Shown: positions 18,526-28,591 of the stretch, piece by piece
Numbering within the stretch: position 1 is the stretch's first letter
Layout: each line of letters starts with the position of its first letter
Origin: a bacterium
GTDB lineage: Bacteria > Zhuqueibacterota > Zhuqueibacteria > Residuimicrobiales > Krinioviventaceae
Length of the DNA: 64,000 nucleotides
Direction: 5' to 3'
Assembly: GCA_963674595.2 (NCBI GenBank)
Contig: CAXXFV010000029.1
Coordinates: 96,001 to 160,000 of the forward strand
Notes under the pieces: generated by a model
What the model was told of the DNA's origin: nothing
Database searches by the model: none
The model's input: only the letters and a program-made list of their open reading frames with translations
Made by a program: the position numbers and the translations under genes

Positions 18526-19923
18526 ATGAACAGAAGGACCTTTCACAAAAGTTTACTTTCCCTGGTCGGCACGACCCTGTTTTGCGGGACAGGCGCTGAA
18601 AAGAAACCCAATATTTTGTTTCTGTTGTCCGATGACCATCGCTGGAACGCCATGGGCTGTATGGGAAATTCCATTGTAAAAACGCCCAATCTGGATAGGC
18701 TCGCGTCCCAGGGTTTTACCTTTACCAACCATTTTTGTACAACATCTATATGTATGACAAGCCGGGCCGGCATATTCAGCGGACTTTATGCACGCGCGCA
18801 TACCATCAACCGTTTTGATGTGCCTTTTACCCCGGAACAGTTTTCCAAAACCTATCCTGCTTTGTTGAAAAAAGCCGGATACCGTACCGGGTTTGTGGGC
18901 AAATGGGGCCTGGGCGGTGACCGGCCGGAAAGCGAATTTGATTATTTTAACGGGTTCTCGGGACAGGGGCATTATTTCCCGGAAGGCGAAGGCACGGGAA
19001 AACATTTGACAACCGTTATTTCCGATAATGCCGTCGAGTTTATGGAATCCTGCACCGGCGATCAGCCCTTTTGTTTATCTGTCAGCTTTAAATCACCGCA
19101 CGTACAGGACGAAGACCCGCGCCAGTTTTTATATGACCCCCAATATGAGGATTTGTATAAAACAGACGAAATACCGGTCCCGGAAACAGGTACGGAGGAA
19201 GCATTTGCCAATCTGCCGAAAAAGCTGCAAACATCCGAAGCCAGACGACGCTGGAAAATGCGTTTTTCCACACCGGAAAAATATCAGGAATCCGTTAAAA
19301 GCTATTACCGGCTCATCACCGGCATGGACCGGCAGGTCGGCCGTATGCGGGATGTTTTGAAAAAACTCGGACTCGATAAAAATACCGTCATAATTTATAC
19401 ATCTGATAACGGCTTTTACCTGGGTGAACACGGACTGGCCGGCAAATGGTTTATGCACGAAGAATCGGTGCGGCTGCCGCTTATCATTTATGATCCCAGA
19501 CGCTCCGACGGCGGCAAACAAATTGATAAAATGACCCTGAATATCGACATGGCCCCGACCATGCTCGACATCGCCGGTGTGCCCATACCGGTTGACAGAC
19601 AGGGTAAAAGCGCCATGCCCCTTATTAAGGACCCCGATACTAAAGGGCGCAGCGAATGGTTTTATGAACACACTTTTGATCATGGACGGATTCCCAAAAG
19701 CGAAGGCGTTTATACTAAAGAGTGGAAATATATTCGTTATATTGACGAGGACCCTGTTGTTGAGGAGCTTTACAACCTGGCCAAAGATCCCCATGAGAAG
19801 CGCAACCTGGCGAACGAACATTATTATGAGCCGGTGTTGATTGAAATGCGCGGGAAATGGCGGGCCTGGCGGGATGGTCTTGAAGACTGGCGTCCGAATG
19901 TGAAATGGCAGAATCCGGCCTAG
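18526..19923 (+). CDS. Sulfatase (formylglycine-dependent S1 family), Tat-exported
   Basis: RRTF Tat-like signal, PNILFLLSDDH, CMTSR, GYRTGFVGKW, YTSDNG, GEHGLAGKW. Confidence 0.9.
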   Translation: MNRRTFHKSLLSLVGTTLFCGTGAEKKPNILFLLSDDHRWNAMGCMGNSIVKTPNLDRLASQGFTFTNHFCTTSICMTSRAGIFSGLYARAHTINRFDVPFTPEQFSKTYPALLKKAGYRTGFVGKWGLGGDRPESEFDYFNGFSGQGHYFPEGEGTGKHLTTVISDNAVEFMESCTGDQPFCLSVSFKSPHVQDEDPRQFLYDPQYEDLYKTDEIPVPETGTEEAFANLPKKLQTSEARRRWKMRFSTPEKYQESVKSYYRLITGMDRQVGRMRDVLKKLGLDKNTVIIYTSDNGFYLGEHGLAGKWFMHEESVRLPLIIYDPRRSDGGKQIDKMTLNIDMAPTMLDIAGVPIPVDRQGKSAMPLIKDPDTKGRSEWFYEHTFDHGRIPKSEGVYTKEWKYIRYIDEDPVVEELYNLAKDPHEKRNLANEHYYEPVLIEMRGKWRAWRDGLEDWRPNVKWQNPA

Positions 19924-19927
19924 TGTG

Positions 19928-19960
19928 AGGGGTCCATATTTTGGACCCTTTTGTTTTTTC
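19928..19960 (+). terminator. Intrinsic terminator
   Basis: AGGGGTCCA-tattt-TGGACCCTT followed by T-tract, just after the stop. Confidence 0.75.
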
Positions 19961-20109
19961 TCGTCCTTCGGGATTTGATACGGCTGATATTTCAGTTATA
20001 GCTTGTCTCAATCTCAACAAAACACATCGATTTTAAAAAAGAGCATAATGTCATCTCATCAAAGATCGAGACATATTATTCCTGCTAAAACGATGGATAT
20101 AAAATAGAG

Positions 20110-20180
20110 TGTCATTCTGTAAGAATCTTTCCTGGATATAGAGCAGATTATAAGTCAGGGAAGATGCCTCCGGCATGACA
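20110..20180 (-). repeat. 71 bp MITE-like element copy
   Basis: TGTCATTCTGTAAGAATCT...AGATGCCTCCGGCATGACA. Confidence 0.8.
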
Positions 20181-20201
20181 TTTTTGTTATATCTAGAAAA
20201 A

Positions 20202-20630
20202 GTTAAATAAACCGGGACATTTTGGCCCGATCAGTTCTTAAATAACGGGCCTATATTAATATTGACATTATAAAACCTTAAATTTATCGGGGTAAATACC
20301 CTGCCTGATTTGCGCCCTGAAAAAATTTTAGGGTCAGTAAAATCTTTGGGCGATTAATTGATATGTGTAGGGATTAAAAATTTTTAACCCCTACATGGGT
20401 TGATCGTCTTGTAAATTTCATCCAGGATACTAGATAAAAATGGGCTTTACCCTGCTCCCGCTTCGGCTTCGCTCCCGCTTCGACTCCGCTCAGCGTCCGC
20501 TTCAAGTATGGGCCTTGAGCAGAGCCGAAAGAGGTCCTTGAGCGGAGCCGAAAGGCAGATCAGGGTGACACCGGTCTGACTTTTTTTAGATTAATCTCAA
20601 TATGGTATGGTAGAACAGCCCCCTTACGGC
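20202..20630 (+). repeat. ~430 bp direct repeat, left copy (contains GTAG-type REP at 20367-20394)
   Basis: Near-identical to 22308-22741 (a few substitutions and one small indel). Confidence 0.92.
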
Positions 20631-20638
20631 ATTAATAC

Positions 20639-20667
20639 TTGACACGTATTGCGATTATCTTTACATT
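20639..20667 (+). promoter_or_regulatory. Sigma70-like promoter
   Basis: TTGACA, 17 bp, TACATT, upstream of 20887. Confidence 0.5.
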
Positions 20668-20886
20668 AAATCATAATATTAGAGATACATGGGATTTTAA
20701 ACATGGGAACTCGGTTAAGGATATAAGGAGCCAAAATTTTACAAGCTCCATCCCCATGTAAACGTATTCTATCTGTTCTTTTAAACAAACATTTCGGGCC
20801 ATTAGAAGTAAAGTCTGTAAAAGCAGTCACTATATATAAAAGTTATTTTAACAGCTTGGTTTATATCATTTTTAGAGGGAAAAATA

Positions 20887-22191
20887 ATGATAAAACGAAA
20901 AATCTTTATTATCCTTTTAATAATATGGTGTTCTGCTCTCAGGGCAGATGAAATAGATTGGACGGTTTATACCGAAGAAAACAGCGGTTTGGGATGTAAT
21001 TATGTTTTTGTTATTGCCCACGATAAACTGCAAAATGTGTGGTTTGCAACATACGATGGTCTCTATCTCTTTGACGGTCAACACTGGACAACCTATGATA
21101 CCACAAATTGCGACATAATTTCAAACAGAGTCAATGCAATGGCAATCGATTCCAACGATGTCAAATGGCTTGGATTTACGGCTAACATTAAATGTGGTAT
21201 TTCAAGTTTTGACGACCAGAATTGGAAAAATTACTATAAAGCTGAAAATCAGCTATATCCAACAACGGTTATGACGATTGCCGTAGACAGGGAAAATAAA
21301 AAATGGTTTGGTCAGTATGGTGCCGGCCTTACATCATTTGATGAAAACTCGTGGCATTTCTATCATCCCTTCACTTCTGAAATTGGATGGGGAACTATTT
21401 TATGTATGGTTCCGGATTCAAAAAATAAACTGTGGGTTTGTACATCAGACGTTGGAGATGCTGTTTGTGCCGGTGTAAATATTTTGGATGGCGAAAACTG
21501 GTCACAGATTGATAAATCCAACAGTGATCTTGTTTCAAACAGTGTATATGCCATGGCCATTGACAAGAATGGGGTAAAATGGTTTGGTACAAACAAAGGT
21601 GTCTGCTCATTTGACGGTGAACACTGGCAAACATTCGATAGCGGAAACAGTGATTTAATTTCTAACAATGTTGTTACGATAGCTGTTGACAGTGCTAATA
21701 GAAAATGGTTTGGCACATATAATCATGGATTAATGCAATTTAACGAGAACAACTGGACGCTTTACAACACGGCTAACAGTCCCCTGCCCGGTAATGAAAT
21801 TCAACATATTTCTGCTGACAAAAAGGGAAATATTTGGGTGGCAACGGATAAAGGTGTTGCAACCACCGCAACAAGTGTATCGGTAAAAAATAAAATCCCT
21901 GATTCCAGTGTATTTTTCAAATTATTCCCCAATTATCCTAATCCATTTAATAACCAAACCTGTATTACATATAATTTACAAACCAGGTCGATTATAAAAA
22001 TTCAGATTTTTGATATTTTAGGCAAAAATATTATGACGTTAATTGATAATATGCAATCACCCGGATCACATAAAATATATTGGAACGGTAAGGACTCATC
22101 AAGAAATAGTGTTCCAAGCGGTCTTTATTTTGTTAAATTTTACATAAACAATACGGAGCAGCAAATCCAAAAAATAATGCTGATAAAATAA
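20887..22191 (+). CDS. Two-component-regulator-type beta-propeller protein with FlgD-Ig/T9SS-type C-terminus
   Basis: Repeats NSxLxSNxVxxIAxDxxxxKWFGT; LFPNYPNPFNNQT...PSGLYF; signal peptide. Confidence 0.85.
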   Translation: MIKRKIFIILLIIWCSALRADEIDWTVYTEENSGLGCNYVFVIAHDKLQNVWFATYDGLYLFDGQHWTTYDTTNCDIISNRVNAMAIDSNDVKWLGFTANIKCGISSFDDQNWKNYYKAENQLYPTTVMTIAVDRENKKWFGQYGAGLTSFDENSWHFYHPFTSEIGWGTILCMVPDSKNKLWVCTSDVGDAVCAGVNILDGENWSQIDKSNSDLVSNSVYAMAIDKNGVKWFGTNKGVCSFDGEHWQTFDSGNSDLISNNVVTIAVDSANRKWFGTYNHGLMQFNENNWTLYNTANSPLPGNEIQHISADKKGNIWVATDKGVATTATSVSVKNKIPDSSVFFKLFPNYPNPFNNQTCITYNLQTRSIIKIQIFDILGKNIMTLIDNMQSPGSHKIYWNGKDSSRNSVPSGLYFVKFYINNTEQQIQKIMLIK

Positions 22192-22307
22192 TATTACAAA
22201 TTCTAAAAAATTAGCGCAGGTGGTTTATCAGAAAATGGGCAGGTGTTTATTGGGGGTAAAAGCCCTGACTATTTGGCTTTGCTCGCACTGGAAATATTTT
22301 CCAGTGC

Positions 22308-22741
22308 GTTAAATAAACCGGGACATTTTGGCCCGATCAGTTCTTAAATAACGGGCCTATATTAATATTGACATTATAAAACCTTAAATTTATCGGGGTA
22401 AATACCCTGCCTGATTTGCGCCCTGAAAAAATTTCAGGGTCAGTAAAATCTTTGGGCGATTAATTGACATGTGTAGGGATTAAAAATTTTTAACCCCTAC
22501 ATGGGTTGATCGTCTTGTAAATTTCATCCAGGATACTAGATAAAAATGGGCTTTACCCTGCTCTGCTCACCCTTCGGCTTCGCTCCCGCTTCGACTCCGC
22601 TCAGCGTCCGCTTCAAGTATGGGCCTTGAGCAGAGCCGAAAGAGGTCCTTGAGCGGAGCCGAAAGGCAGATCAGGGTGACACCGGTCTGCTTTTTTTTAG
22701 ATTAATCTCAGAATGGTATGGTAGAACAGCCCACTTACGGC
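22308..22741 (+). repeat. ~430 bp direct repeat, right copy (GTAG-type REP at 22473-22500)
   Basis: See 20202-20630. Preceded by hairpin GCACTGGAAATATTTTCCAGTGC. Confidence 0.92.
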
Positions 22742-22755
22742 TGTATCCTGTTTTT

Positions 22756-23796
22756 TTAATAACTGCTTTGGGTCAAATTAATTTTGTTACTGCCGTCCGG
22801 ATTCATAACAATAATATCCCAATTCCCGTTATTCTCGCAGTGGTACGCTATTTTTGTCCCGTCAGGAGAAAATACTGGAAACAGATCGGAACCCGGATTA
22901 TGAGTCAATCGTTTTTGATCACTGCCGTCCGATTTCATAATATACAATTCCGAATTGCCGTCTCTTTCCGAATAAAAGAGGATTTTTTTGCCATCCGGGG
23001 AAAATAATGGTGAAAAATTAGTACCAGCGTTATCAGTCAGTTTGGCTTTATTTTTTCCATTACTATCCATTGTATAAATATTCCAGTTTTGATTAAAATC
23101 CACATAAACAATTTTTGAACCATCCGGTGAAAATGATGCATAGTAACCGCGTTCGTTTTCCTGCATCAGGTTTACAATATCATTGTTATATAAATCCAGT
23201 ATAAAAATTTTTGTTTCACAGGATAAAACCACTTTGGAACCGTCAGGAGAGAATTTTGCCGTTTCTTCAAAATCTGCATTATTTGTCAGACGTTTTAAAT
23301 TATTTCCGTCATAATCCATTATAAAAATGTCGCCATTGCCGTCTCTTTCAGAATGGAACAAAACTTTTGAACCATCTTTGGAAACATCATATATAATATC
23401 TGATGAATTATGGTTTGTTAACCGTTTATTTTGACTTCCGTCGATATTTATTCTATAAATTTCAATGTTATCATCTCTCTTTAAATGATAAAAAATAAAA
23501 GAACCATTTGATGAACAAACAGGCTTGTAGCAATTTGCCTCGGTAAAAGTTATCCTTTTCGTGTTGTTCCCAAAAACATCGACCAGAAATATTGCAGAAA
23601 GACTTGTTATTTTTCCCCTACCCGGTATTTCTTTCAATGTGCGCGAATAAGCTATTTGGGAACCGCTAATAGTAAAGGATGCTCCGGAACATTTCCTTGA
23701 ATGACCTGTATATACGCTGCTCATTGTGTTGTCTCTTTTACAGCCAATGCCTGAGAGAAATGTAAAGAGAACAAGGTAATACATGATTTTTTTCAT
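22756..23796 (-). CDS. TolB-like (PD40 repeat) lipoprotein
   Basis: Repeated FSPDGSKI..SERDGNxDIYIMxxDGS..RLT; LSGIGC lipobox. Confidence 0.85.
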   Translation of the reverse strand: MKKIMYYLVLFTFLSGIGCKRDNTMSSVYTGHSRKCSGASFTISGSQIAYSRTLKEIPGRGKITSLSAIFLVDVFGNNTKRITFTEANCYKPVCSSNGSFIFYHLKRDDNIEIYRINIDGSQNKRLTNHNSSDIIYDVSKDGSKVLFHSERDGNGDIFIMDYDGNNLKRLTNNADFEETAKFSPDGSKVVLSCETKIFILDLYNNDIVNLMQENERGYYASFSPDGSKIVYVDFNQNWNIYTMDSNGKNKAKLTDNAGTNFSPLFSPDGKKILFYSERDGNSELYIMKSDGSDQKRLTHNPGSDLFPVFSPDGTKIAYHCENNGNWDIIVMNPDGSNKINLTQSSY

Positions 23797-23866
23797 AATA
23801 AATCCCCTATTTTTTTAAAACGGGCCAATGATAAATTAACAATAAAACATAATTGTTTAATATAGA

Positions 23867-24880
23867 TTAATGGTATTTATTAACATACTCTATTATTTTG
23901 TTTAATTCTTCTTCAGGCAAGAGTAAAAGAGCAGCCGCATTTTGGGGGGCCGCAATTTCATAATAAAAAAATGGTTCAAAATAACCCTCTTTAACTATTT
24001 TTTTAAGGCGCTCATGTCCATGTTTTTGTGAAACAAGTGATAAAACAGCTTCTGATTCCTCCAATAAATTAATAGAATTTTCATCTGGTTTATAGCCAAG
24101 CATTTGTTCCGCATAGCCGGGTTCATATTTCCAAAGTGCCTTGACAAACACATAACCCATCCATTCTTTTTTCATTTTAATTGTTACCTTGTTTCCTTCT
24201 TTGCTGAGGGTATATTGCGGATCAAATGACCACTCTTGCCAGTCTCTGCCGTTTTCATCCCGATGAAATTCCAGTCTTTCCAAAAGTCTTGGATTATATT
24301 TATTTAAAACATGGGCCCTGGTAACATGATCCAGCGCTAATTTTAATTGACCCTTTTTCCAAAAAGTATCGCCCAAAAACCAGTATGCCGTATAATCAAT
24401 AGGATTTTTTGCGATAGCTTGTTTAAAATAATAGACAGCACTGTCTAGTTGATTTGTCATAAAATGGACGTCTCCGCACATTGTTAACGCGTAATAAAAA
24501 TCCGGCTGATCATGATATACTTTACGATAAAGTTCCAGTGCTTTATTATATTCTTCGTTGTGAAAGTGTTCCTCTGCCTGATCAAACATTTTTTGTACAG
24601 AATCTTTTAATTCATACTCCTTGAGCACAATTTTATCGTCTTGTTTGGCAAGATAGAATTGATTGTGTAAAACCTGTGGTGACTCTACCGGCACAGTTTC
24701 GTTAGAATCCAAAAGATTTAAACTATAAGTTAATTTAGACTGTTCCATAATTTTAAAAATTTCTGCAGGTGAATGAAGTGTTTTTTTGGTATTTTTTTGC
24801 GTTAAACCCTGATTACTGCTGCATAAGATTAACAAACCAATTGACAATACAAATGTTGAAAATCTAGTTAAAAAAGTCAT
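23867..24880 (-). CDS. Secreted tetratricopeptide repeat protein
   Basis: Signal peptide; TPR-like helices AVYYFKQAIAKNPIDYTAYWFLGD. Confidence 0.75.
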   Translation of the reverse strand: MTFLTRFSTFVLSIGLLILCSSNQGLTQKNTKKTLHSPAEIFKIMEQSKLTYSLNLLDSNETVPVESPQVLHNQFYLAKQDDKIVLKEYELKDSVQKMFDQAEEHFHNEEYNKALELYRKVYHDQPDFYYALTMCGDVHFMTNQLDSAVYYFKQAIAKNPIDYTAYWFLGDTFWKKGQLKLALDHVTRAHVLNKYNPRLLERLEFHRDENGRDWQEWSFDPQYTLSKEGNKVTIKMKKEWMGYVFVKALWKYEPGYAEQMLGYKPDENSINLLEESEAVLSLVSQKHGHERLKKIVKEGYFEPFFYYEIAAPQNAAALLLLPEEELNKIIEYVNKYH

Positions 24881-24945
24881 AACCTATCCTTTTTTGTCTG
24901 AATTTTGATGAATGAATTGTTTGTATCATGTTCCGGTTGAAAATA

Positions 24946-25113
24946 TTTGCTCGCCCTGGAAAAGTTCCAGGTTCAGCAAAATCTTTGGGCGATTAATTAA
25001 CATGTGTAGGGGTTAAAAATTTTTAACCCCTACATGGTTTGATCGTCTTGTAAATTTCATCCGGAATACTAGATAAAAATGGACTTTACCCTGCTCACCC
25101 TTCGGCTTCGCTC
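24946..25113 (+). repeat. Third, internally deleted copy of the 430 bp repeat, with a perfect GTAG REP palindrome (25006-25033)
   Basis: GTAGGGGTTAAAAATTTTTAACCCCTAC; flanks match ~22418-22585. Confidence 0.85.
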
Positions 25114-25235
25114 AGGATGAGGACACCCTTCGGCTTCGCTCAGGATGAGGACACCCTTCGGCTTCGCTCAGGATGAGGACACCCTTCGGCTTCGCTCAGG
25201 ATGAGGACACCCTTCGGCTTCGCTCAGGATGAGGG
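25096..25235 (+). repeat. Tandem repeat, 5 x 28 bp CACCCTTCGGCTTCGCTCAGGATGAGGA
   Basis: Units start at 25096, 25124, 25152, 25180, 25208, with no spacers. Confidence 0.95.
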
Positions 25236-25353
25236 CACCCTTCGACTCGGTCCTTGAGCGGAGTCGAAAGGCCGCTCAGCGTCCGCCTGTAATCCGATCA
25301 TATAAATGAATCTATCACAGGTCAGAACCCGGGACGATCAGCTTTTCTTTTAA

Positions 25354-26454
25354 TCACTCATAGGCGCCAAATTGATCAACCAATTCTCTGACTCTTTTAA
25401 CGCGATATTCCAGAGCATCCGGCGGTACCTGATCGGCAACACCCAATACATAGCGCGGATTTTTGCGCATAACCGCCAAAACCGCCCTCACATGTCGATC
25501 AAATTCATGGTCCGTAACATTGGCGGTAAAATAACTGCCGGGCATTCCGCCCCAAAAAATAGTTTTAGGATTATTTGCCACGCTCTCCCACTCTTCTATA
25601 GCAAGGTCTCCCACGGGAAAAGGTGTCATCGCTTCTATGACAGTAAAACCTGTTGATGCCTCCCGCGCCAGCAATCCTTTTAAGGTGCCGTCCATGTGAA
25701 GAAAAGAAAATTTGCCGGCCTTTTTCATTTTCTCAACCCATTCTGTTTGGGTGTTTCTCATATATTTTTCAAAATTATCCGGCCCAACCATTTCCGAAGA
25801 CAAATTTTCCGGAATCATTAATGTCTCGGTGGGTCCGTCTATAGCAATTTGGGCAGCATGATCAAAAGACTTTTTCATGGATTGCAGGGTTTCCGCCAGC
25901 TCGTCCGGTTCGTCCATGGCACAATATGTAACGGCTTCAACACCTGCTTCTATTACCAATAGCTGCATATATGGGGTGTGCGGCAGGTAAAGAAGAGAAA
26001 TTCCCATATCACCAATTTGGTCGATGCGTTCTAAAGCAAAATCATAATCCGGTTCCCACTCTATGTTTTCATAAAAGTATCGAAGGGCAGCCAAATCTTT
26101 AACCGATTTGACCAAATGCTCTCTCGGGGCTTCAGAACAGGTATCCGGCACATATTCCCAGCATTCTTTTAAATTTCCTTTTGGAGTAATAATCTCTCTG
26201 AATTTCAGGTTGCCATTATACCAGGTATTTTCCTGAAAATGATTTTTTGCTTTATAGGGGAAATATCCCTGAAGATAGTATCCCACTCCCAAATCACGAT
26301 GCCAATCTATATATTCGGGACTTTTTTGAAAATTTTTCGGTTTTTTCCCATTTGCTACGAGTGCGGTTGCCCAATAATCCAAATCACCAAACCAGGGTAC
26401 TTTGTCCGGTTTTTCACCGTTTAAAATCTTGAGGATTTGTTCTCTGTTTGTCAT
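25354..26454 (-). CDS. Uroporphyrinogen decarboxylase-like (URO-D/MtaA superfamily) protein
   Basis: MTNREQI..GEKPDKVPW, TPKGNL, HMDG, WGG, GVADQVPP. Confidence 0.8.
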   Translation of the reverse strand: MTNREQILKILNGEKPDKVPWFGDLDYWATALVANGKKPKNFQKSPEYIDWHRDLGVGYYLQGYFPYKAKNHFQENTWYNGNLKFREIITPKGNLKECWEYVPDTCSEAPREHLVKSVKDLAALRYFYENIEWEPDYDFALERIDQIGDMGISLLYLPHTPYMQLLVIEAGVEAVTYCAMDEPDELAETLQSMKKSFDHAAQIAIDGPTETLMIPENLSSEMVGPDNFEKYMRNTQTEWVEKMKKAGKFSFLHMDGTLKGLLAREASTGFTVIEAMTPFPVGDLAIEEWESVANNPKTIFWGGMPGSYFTANVTDHEFDRHVRAVLAVMRKNPRYVLGVADQVPPDALEYRVKRVRELVDQFGAYE

Positions 26455-26791
26455 AATTTCCTTTTCCGTATTTTTAAAAATCTCCAGCTTAACATTTACA
26501 GGTTTGAAAAGACAAATTTTCAGAGGGATTTAATTCCATCAACCTCCTTATTTTTTTAAGCATCGGTGAAATAAAATTTTTCGGTTTTATTACAAGGAAA
26601 TATGGCGGAATATAATAAAATCAAAAATAAAACAAAACGGAATATTATACTTGTTTTCAAAATAGATTGAACTATTGATATTATAACTTTGGTATATTTT
26701 CGATGAGTTGGTTTCGTTCGAGGTGTACACCCCCCTTTCACCGGCAGCCAGGGCCAAGTTTACAAAGATATGCAGCCGATAGTTTGCACCA

Positions 26792-27400
26792 TCATTGCAT
26801 TGGCTGACGAAGGACGGTTTTCCAGTTTTTGGGATCCGCCTTTCTGATGTCGCTCAAATAAATTTCGTGATGTTTACCAATCAGCCTACTTTTGGTATTT
26901 ATGAATTCATGTATTTTCTCAATGTTGGGTCTTTCTTCTGAAAACGGTCCGATATGAAGTATCTGAGCGCACTTTCCCTCTGAAAATGATTCGAAACGAA
27001 TTTTCGAAATGGCAGCCGGGTTTTTCTTTTTTGTCACTTCTGAAACAGAGGTATCAATCATTTCACGGGTAACAAAATCAGGCTGCATTATCATGAGTGT
27101 CCATTTCCAATTGGATTTATCATGTATCGAAAATTTGGACATGTCGTCTGCCCACCATAGTCCTTCAAGGGGCATCACTCCGTAATCCAAAGCCATCTCC
27201 CCTTTTTTTATTTTAAATTTGACTGTGTAGGAAACGGCAAACAATGCCGCAACAGCATCGGAAAATTCTTTGGAATTGTTTGGATCGCCTTTGCCGTCCA
27301 CCATTAAATAATTCATCGTCGGAACATCGACCTGACTGACCTTTTTTGCTGATGGCTTGTATAAATGTTTCAACTCTTTTTTAAAATCGATTTTATTCAT
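26792..27400 (-). CDS. GyrI-like small-molecule-binding domain protein
   Basis: KIDFKKELKHLYKP, DYGVMPLEGLWW, HIGPFSEE, HHEIYLSD. ATG 27400 follows AGGAG. Confidence 0.88.
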   Translation of the reverse strand: MNKIDFKKELKHLYKPSAKKVSQVDVPTMNYLMVDGKGDPNNSKEFSDAVAALFAVSYTVKFKIKKGEMALDYGVMPLEGLWWADDMSKFSIHDKSNWKWTLMIMQPDFVTREMIDTSVSEVTKKKNPAAISKIRFESFSEGKCAQILHIGPFSEERPNIEKIHEFINTKSRLIGKHHEIYLSDIRKADPKNWKTVLRQPMQ

Positions 27401-27594
27401 ATCTTCTCTCCTTTTTAAGGCCGCCGACATGGTTTTAATATATTCATAGGGTAATAATTTCAACGACCAAATTTAGTTACTTGTTCCTGAATTTAGTCAC
27501 TATTCGCCCCGGACGGGTAATTCTTCGGCTTTGCTTTGCTCAGGATGACACAGATCGACTTAACACAGGAACCCAGATGACCAAGGCATATCAC

Positions 27595-28043
27595 TGCGGC
27601 TCTGCGTTGAATAAGAAAATTATAAACGAAAATTATCTTATAATTTTTAACCACAAAGGTCACAAAGAATAATAATTTACATATCAACACAAATTTAAAC
27701 GTGTCATTCTTTAAGAATCCTGCCGGGATAAAGACCCGATTCAACGTCAGGAAAGATGCCTCCAGCATGACATGTTGGTTTTTTTGTTGTAAAAAAGTCA
27801 GAAATTAGATTATTTTCAGAAATTCCTTTGCGGCTCTGCGTTAAATAAGAAAATTATAAATGAGAATTATCTTATATTTTTAACCACAAAGGTCACAAAG
27901 AATACACAAAGGACACAAAGAATAATACTTTTTATTTCAACACAAATTTAAACGTGTCATTCTGTAAGAACCTTGCCGGGATAAAGACCCGATTCAACGT
28001 CAGGAAAGATGCCTCCGGCATGACATGTTGGTTTTTTTGTTTA
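27595..28043 (-). repeat. Two tandem ~235-250 bp composite units, each with the 71 bp MITE-like element (27702-27772, 27955-28025)
   Basis: 27595-27790 aligns with 27829-28043; homologous to 8715-8996. Confidence 0.88.
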
Positions 28044-28054
28044 AATACATAACA

Positions 28055-28154
28055 GTCTGAAAAACCGGAATCCAGCTTACAATTATTTAAAGGAAAAGTC
28101 GAAGGGCCAAGCCCTCCTGTTAATCCGTTCCGGGGTAGAATCCCGGAACGATCA
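28055..28154 (-). repeat. Twin-hairpin 3'-flanking element
   Basis: TGATCGTTCCGGGATTCTACCCCGGAACGG..GAGGGCTTGGCCCT starts ~5 bp after the GIY-YIG stop; matches 670-723 and 13111-13200. Confidence 0.8.
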
Positions 28155-28159
28155 AACAA

Positions 28160-28450
<291 letters not shown>

Positions 28451-28591
28451 TTAATTGTAAAAATTTCTCATGGCTGTCTATGCTCCCGCTTCGACTCCGC
28501 TCAGCGTCCGCTCAACTTACGGGCTTTGAGCAGAGCCAGGTTGAATCCATATATCATCCCTTCGGGATTTGTTTCGGCTGATATTTGAATC

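Noticed and set aside
18526-19923. Sulfatase motif CMTSR instead of CxPxR as a sign of inactivation
   Set aside because: The Cys and Arg and the metal-binding motifs are retained; non-Pro variants occur in S1 sulfatases.
20005-20013. GTCTCAATC as an anti-repeat (tracrRNA)
   Set aside because: Only 9 bp, 8 kb from the array, and inside a segment related to 28555-28600; compatible with chance.
25096-25235. Second CRISPR-like or TIGR-like array
   Set aside because: Units are head-to-tail with no variable spacers; it is a tandem repeat.
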